DNA from: Antechinus flavipes
Lineage: Eukaryota
DNA length: 64,000 nucleotides
Direction: 5' to 3'
Assembly: GCF_016432865.1 (NCBI RefSeq)
Contig: NC_067401.1
Location: 187,674,001-187,738,000 of the forward strand
Part shown: piece by piece, positions 57,979 to 64,000 of the stretch
How the letters are laid out: each line of letters opens with the position of its first letter
Position numbering within the stretch: position 1 is the first letter of the stretch
Program-made: the position numbers and the translations under genes
The notes under the pieces: generated by a model
What the model was told of the DNA's origin: nothing
What the model saw: the letters and a program-made list of their open reading frames with translations, nothing else
The model's database searches: none

Positions 57979-58540
57979 TGTTGTGAGTTCAAATGTTGTG
58001 TTCTTGTTCTTCTTTAAAATATTATAAAAGTTCTCTCTGGGTGCCTTCCCTGGAATCAGGATTTTGTCGGTCCCTGTTCGGGCGCCAAAATGTGGTGAGC
58101 TTTTTCTTCTCAAAACACAGCCAGGTGATAAAAGTTCAGATCTTTTATTATCTCCAATATAGCCCGGTTAGTTTAGAGGTCTATCTCTCTGCTTGGTTCC
58201 AAGAGCTCCCTCCGAATGTCACCAAATCCTAAGGTCTGGTCCTTCAGCCTCTGCCTCTGCTTTCTTCTGCCTCCAACCAGCACAGAGATGGAATGAATCT
58301 CTTGTCTCCTTCACTTGGGGCTCGGCTAGCTTTTTGGTGAGTCTTTCAGACCAGCTTGGTCTCAGTGGGGGGCGTGCAGGAGCCCAGCCATCTACCACAG
58401 TGATGTGAGATGAAGATGAATCTGGTTGTCCACTGAACTCTCGACTCGTAGCTTTTTCCTCTGAAAACTCTTCTTCTGCCACCAGCCAGCCAAATGGAAA
58501 ATATTCTGCCTTGCCTCGGAGAGAGGGCTTCTGGCCAAAG
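57979..58540 (-). mobile_element. Second related LTR plus PBS(tRNA-Lys3) on minus strand, inserted in the gag of the previous element
   Basis: PBS at 58070-58087 (minus); R/U5 about 90% identical to 57548-57658; left end is ...ctcacaaCA (TG on plus at 57979). Confidence 0.85.
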
Positions 58541-59530
58541 GAACCTAGGGACTTTAAAAAAAAAAAAAAGATGCAGATTTGGAAAATGAAGAGATAACTA
58601 AAGAAGTAGAGTTACAGAGTAAGAAGTATAGAAGCAGCCTAGTTCACCTCCAAACCTCCACAAAGATCTAGAAAACACAATAGGGGCAGAAGACTGGGCA
58701 CCAACCTGAGTTCAAATCTGACCTCAGACATTTAATATTTCCTAGCTGTGCGACCTTGGGCAAGATACTTAACCCCAATTGCCTCAGCAAAAAAACAAAA
58801 AACCATTAACACAACAGACTTAGTTTTGATAGGGAAATCCAAGAAAGTCAAAATGAATAATTTTTCAGCCCATAGAGCCTTAGGGAAACAAATCTGTGCA
58901 TATTGGGGACAGGGTCTGGCCAGCAACATTAGAAAATTGCAGCATGTAGAAACTGAAATAGAGCTGAGATTGGTCATCAGGGCAGGAAAAAATTCCTGAA
59001 CTATTACAAGCTGCAAAAACAGATGATCCCTAGCATTTCTGTATTTCACTACCCAGTTTTATGTCATAAATCCAGGGGTAGAAAGGAGTGATCTCTCAGA
59101 AGAGTCAAGACTGGCAGAAATACAGTCTAGCTCTTCACTAAACCTCCACCACAAAGATCTATAAAATGTATCAAACCAAATTCTGATCATGAAAATCAAG
59201 AAAAAGTCATAGTGAGCCATTTTTCCAGCTCACTATGGCTTAGGGAGAAAGATAGGTTTATGGATCCTGAAGATGGGGTCTGGCCAGAAGTGCAAGTGGT
59301 GCAGAACATTCAAGCACTTAGGACTAAAAGAGAACCAAGGACACCAAGGCAGAAAGAGATGCCAAGAGGTTACTGAGTCCTGGAAAGAATGCCGTCTAGC
59401 AATTCTGTTACTTAATTATCCACTTCTGGGTCACAGATACAGGATGGAAAGGAATGGTTTGGGAGCAGGGCCCTAGCTGTACACTGAATAAAGAACAAGT
59501 TTCCAAAGCAAATTATAACTTTGTTATTCT

Positions 59531-60089
59531 TTTTTTTTTTTTTTTTCAGGATGAATACAGAGAGGACTGGCGAGACTTACATGAACTGATGCTAAGTGAA
59601 ATGAGCAGAACCAGGAGATCATTATACACTTCGACAACGATATTGTATGAGGACATATTTTGATGGAAGTGGATTTCTTTGACAAAGGAACCTGAGTTTC
59701 AATTGATAAATGACGGACAAAAGCAGCTACACCCAAAGAAAGAACACTGGGAAACGAATGTGAACTATCTGCATTTTTGTTTTTCTTCCCGGGTTATTTA
59801 TACCTTCTGAATCCAATTCTTCCTATGCAACAAGAGAACTGTTCGGTTCTGCAAACATATATTGTATCTAGGATATACTGCAACATATCCAACATATAAA
59901 GGACTGCTTGCCATCTAGGGGAGGGGGTGGAGGGAGAGAGGGGAAAAAAATCGGAACAGAAATGTGTGCAAGGGATAATGTTGTAAAAAAAATTACCCTG
60001 GCATGGATTCTGTCAATATAAAGTAATTATTAAATAAAAAATTAAAAAATAATAATAAAAAATATTATTATAAAAAATAAAAAATAAAA
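59531..60089 (+). mobile_element. 5'-truncated L1 with a 16-nt poly(T) head and A-rich tail, 16-bp TSD
   Basis: TSD ataactttgttattct at 59515-59530 and 60090-60105; T16 at 59531-59546; ORF2 end DEYREDWRDLHELMLSEMSRTRRSL. Confidence 0.93.
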
Positions 60090-60429
60090 ATAACTTTGTT
60101 ATTCTAATTCCAGGAGCAGAATGGAGACACAGTTTTAGCTCTAGTTGAGGGTGGAGATTTATAGTAGAATAATCAAGGCAGACCTCCCAAAGGAGGATAT
60201 GCAATTCAGTTGCTCGGAATCTGGAGAGCCTCGCAATAGATTTACAGTACCTGAGACCAGGCCTACAAAATTCCCAACCAATGACAAGCTAACAGACATA
60301 AACTTGGGTTAGGTACTCAGAGCCCAGATCAGGACAACTGTGAGCAGGCTTTACCCAAGACCATATATCACTTTGGGAGCACTGAAAGCTTGCATGCACC
60401 TAACCTGATCTGCAAAAGGAGCAGAAAGA

Positions 60430-61168
60430 TGTCAAAGTGACAGGGGTGAATCCTGAAACTGTCTCCCGTGACTTTTGGAGGGAAGCCATGGGGATAAGCT
60501 CTGAAACTCTTCTCTGACAGAGACCTACCTTTCAGGGCAGTTAAGTGGTTTCATTAAGAGTAGTCCAGGACATGTATACTTATTTTGTATTTAATTTATA
60601 CTTGAACATATTCAACATGTATTGGTCAACCTGCCATCTGAGGGAAGGGGTGGGGAAGGAGGGAAAAAATTGGAACAAAAGATTTGGCAATTGTCAATGT
60701 TATAAAGTTACCCATGCATATAACTTGTAAATAAAAAGCTTTACTTTAAAAAAAAAAAAAAAAAAAAAGATTAGTCCAGGATCACTCCCAGTAGCTTGAA
60801 CTTAAGTGGTTTCATTCAACTGGAAATCTAGGCCCGGGGGGCAGTGACAACATTGAAGGAATCTCATTCAATGGAAGCCCTATCTCCAGACTGCCAATAA
60901 AATGACCATCTTGAACTCCAAATCTTTGCAGAAGTCCCAAGTAGGAATTATTCTTTGCCAACAAAGCTCTCTTCTTGGCAGAGCTACGGGCCCACTGTAA
61001 AGAGATCCTCTTCTCAGTGATAACCTTTTGTTATTTCTCTGCCAGGACCTCTTAACACTCAGAAGTCTGTCTTCCTAGCAAAGCTAGCTTCTCAGTGCCA
61101 ATAAACTTCCCTTTGGCCATTCAGATTTTTCAAGTTTGTGAATTCTTTCATATTGGACCTGCATGCCA
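60430..61168 (+). mobile_element. Solo LTR (4-bp TSD, ERV1-like) containing a short L1 3'-tail insertion
   Basis: tgtca...tgcca termini; TSD aaga at 60426-60429 / 61169-61172; AATAAA near the 3' end. L1 tail 60571-60766 has TSD aagagtagtccagga / aagattagtccagga. Confidence 0.75.
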
Positions 61169-61599
61169 AAGAAATTCCCACCTCAATTCTCACAACTCTG
61201 CACTTCCACTAACAGCATCAAAAGGACAGAGGCTCAGGCTAGCTATTCCTTTCAGAAGTACAAAGAGCCCAGTCTTAAAGTCTAAAGCCAAGAAATGGGC
61301 AAGAAGAACGAGGAAACCAAAAAAAAAAAAAAAAACATCCCATCAAAAAGAACTTTGAGTGACAGGGACACAAACTCAGAAGAAAAGAAGGACTCAAAAA
61401 CATTGACAAGCTAGACCTAAAAGAAAAATGCAGCTGAAACACAAATCAACCAGAATTCCTAGAAAAATTAGAGTTTAAGAAAAAAAATTTTTTTTAATTA
61501 TTTAAAAATCCAAATGAAAACAATGGGAGAAAGATATGGAAAAAAAAAGATAGTAATACTGTACTCTATTTTAGGTTCAAGTCTGCCAGAAGCAATTTA

Positions 61600-61860
61600 T
61601 TTAATTTGTTATTATTGTTTAGTTGTGTCTGACTTTTTGTGACTCCATTTGGGGTCTTCTTGGCAAAGATACATGAATGGTTTGCCATTTCCTTCTCCAG
61701 CTCATTTTACAGATGAGGAAACTGAGACAAATAGGATTAAGTAACTTGTCCAGGATCACACACTTTCTAGTAAGTATCTGAGGCCAGATTTGAACTTATG
61801 CAGCTGAATCTTCCTGAGTCCAGGCCTGGCACTCTATCCACTGCACCAGCTAGTTGCCCT
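61600..61860 (-). mobile_element. Near full-length Mar1-type SINE
   Basis: gtgtctgactttttgtgactccatttggggtcttcttggcaaagatac...ttttacagatgaggaaactgag...ctctatccactgcaccagctagttgcc. Confidence 0.8.
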
Positions 61861-62160
61861 TTGTTTAATTTAGCATTAAACTAAGATCAAATGATTTCTA
61901 GCTTGCAAAGAGGAATCTAAATTGATATGATTCCTCCTGCCCTCCAAAATTATTCTTGGCCTCCAGACAATTTTGTGGAATCTTGAAGAAGAAAATCATC
62001 ATATATAAAAATGTCTTTTTGGTTAAAATTCCAGAACAATTGAATTACCATTCTTTCTCATACCATCTTTTTCAAAGAATTGTTGAGGTTCAAGGTGGGG
62101 AGACAAAACGTTGAAACTCCAGACCAATGTCACAAGGTGTCTCAAAAGAATTTGCAGGCT

Positions 62161-63005
62161 TTCTTCACACCTCCCAGATTGGTTGAAATGACTGGAAAAG
62201 ATGATAAATGTTAAAAGGAATGTGGGAAAACTTGGTGAAATTGTGAACTGATCTAACCATTCTGGAGAGCAATTTGGAACTATGTCCAAAGGACTATAAA
62301 AGCATACCTTTCAGTGTCTCCACTGGGTCTGTATCCCAAAAAGATCATAAAAAATGGAAAAAGACCCACATGTGCAAAAATGTTTGTAGCAGTCCTTTTT
62401 GTAGTGGCAAGAAACTGCAAACTGAGTGAATGTCCATTAGTTGGGAAATAAATGGATAAATTATGGTATATGAATGTAATGGAATATTATTCTATAAAAT
62501 GACAATCTGATTTCAGAAAAGCTGTAAAGACAAATGAACTGATGCTAAATGGTGAATAAAGAGAGAAGCAGAGAGAAGAGAAAACATTGTGCACAGCAAT
62601 TACAATATTATGTGATGATTAATCGTGATGGATTTGGTTCTTTTTAACAGTGAGCTGATTCAAAGCAATTCCAATAGACTTGTGATGGAAAGATCCATTT
62701 GCAATCAGAGGGAGAACTATGAAGACTGAATGTGGATCAAAGCATAGTATTTTTACCTTTTGTTATTGTTTGTTTGCTTGTTTTTTTCCCTTTTTTTCAT
62801 ATTGATTTAATTTTTCTTGCACAGAGTGACAAATATGGAAATACATTTAGAAGAATTGAATGTCTAACCTATGTTGGATTGCTTGCTATCTGGGGAGGGA
62901 GTTAGGGAGAGAGAAAAATTTAGAATACAAGGTTTAGCAAAGGTGAATGTTGAAAACTATCTTTGCATGTATTTGGAAAAATAAAAACCTATTATTAAAA
63001 AAAAA
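62161..63005 (+). mobile_element. 5'-truncated L1 with 17-bp TSD inserted in an LTR-like element
   Basis: TSD aaaagaatttgcaggct at 62144-62160 and 63006-63022; ORF2 end and 3' UTR between them. Host sequence resembles the LTR-like segment at about 53220-53480. Confidence 0.85.
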
Positions 63006-64000
63006 AAAAGAATTTGCAGGCTCATACTCCAAATCAAGGAACAAAGTTTATTATATTGTAATGCCAATCAAAGCGGACTAAATTACAAAGAGCTAGGAGC
63101 AAAAAGATAAATTTATAGGGAAAAGTTAGAGCAGCCAGGTTCTTTATGTCACTGATATGCTAATTTTATGGCTTAGAGATGAATTGAAAAGTAGTCTGGT
63201 TCCCTGGGCAGAGCTGGAGGAGAGGGGGCCCTCTAGAGGTGTATATTTTAGGCCTGAAAAATCAATAGATCAAGTGGCAGACAACCAATTTTGTTCTGTG
63301 CCTATGTTAACTTTAAGCACCTATTCTTGTTGCTCATTAGTCTTAGAAATACTGATATCCCTGACCAATAGGCTGTTATCTAACAGCCAGCAATATTTAT
63401 GGGCTCAGCATCCTGATCAAATAGAATAAATTGGGGCAGGATAGACTAAGGGAAGAAAAATATAATTTCTAACTACATGGCCCTCAAGGCCTGGTGGCCT
63501 TGGGGTTATTCCTACATTTTTCCTAAGGACTGCATCATATCAGAATCACGGAACTCCAGGAGTAATCAATATTTCAATTTTTTCTCAACAGCAAAGGTTG
63601 GCTCCAATCACTTCAGATGGTTTTAGGAGCTATCTAAATAAGAATTAAATTTGTTTATCACTCTTGATCCATTTTCCTAATATAAGACTTAACTTTTGCT
63701 TTACCAAAATTTGGTTATGTCTTTAATTCCTGGGGAAACTGTGGATTTCTAGACATCTACAATTTTAAACTATAGTGGACTAATGCTAATTAAGTGTAAC
63801 AGAGCAGGTTAAAATTCTGTAGTGATCAACATAAGGACTGGGCCTGTGAGTGACCACTTCTACTCAAAATGGAAGTTCCAGTTTAGGTGAGATAGCAAAA
63901 TCCAGTCTAAAAAAAAGTCTGGAAAGGGTTTTGACCAAAGAAATACTTCCTTCTCTCCCTCCCTCCCTCCATTCCTCCCTTCTCTCTCCCTTTTTCCTTC

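Larger units (their letters stand above)
58570..61560 (+). mobile_element. Old L1 5' UTR/ORF1-start region carrying nested insertions
   Basis: L1 5' motifs (aaacctccacaaagatcta twice) and ORF1 start gacagggacacaaactcagaagaa. Contains a SINE (about 58681-58800), an L1 and an LTR. Confidence 0.6.

Overview
Mammalian genomic DNA, most likely an Australian (probably dasyurid) marsupial, judged from its L1 3' UTRs and Mar1/WSINE-type SINEs (species is inference). Bases 1-41.7 kb carry five complete intron-containing genes in the order known from human 7q22.1: CNPY4(-), TAF6(+), AP4M1(-), MCM7(+), COPS6(-). I traced every coding exon by hand to an intact reading frame (233, 678, 449, 722 and 322 aa). 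MCM7 intron 13 hosts miR-93 and miR-25, but no intact miR-106b; a degenerate hairpin lies where it would be expected. Bases 41.8-64 kb contain no recognisable cellular exon and are a pile of L1, SINE and nested LTR/ERV fragments. The most notable observations are: a U12-type intron in AP4M1; a GC-AG intron in MCM7; a 127-bp copy of MCM7 exon 6 plus its donor inside intron 10; a candidate TAF6 5'UTR cassette exon creating an overlapping uORF; the TAF6-delta donor position; an L1 with a 5' poly(T) head; and a nested ERV stack with two converging LTR-PBS(tRNA-Lys3) units. I found no clearly new biological system. Comparisons to human sequences are from memory and need alignment to confirm.
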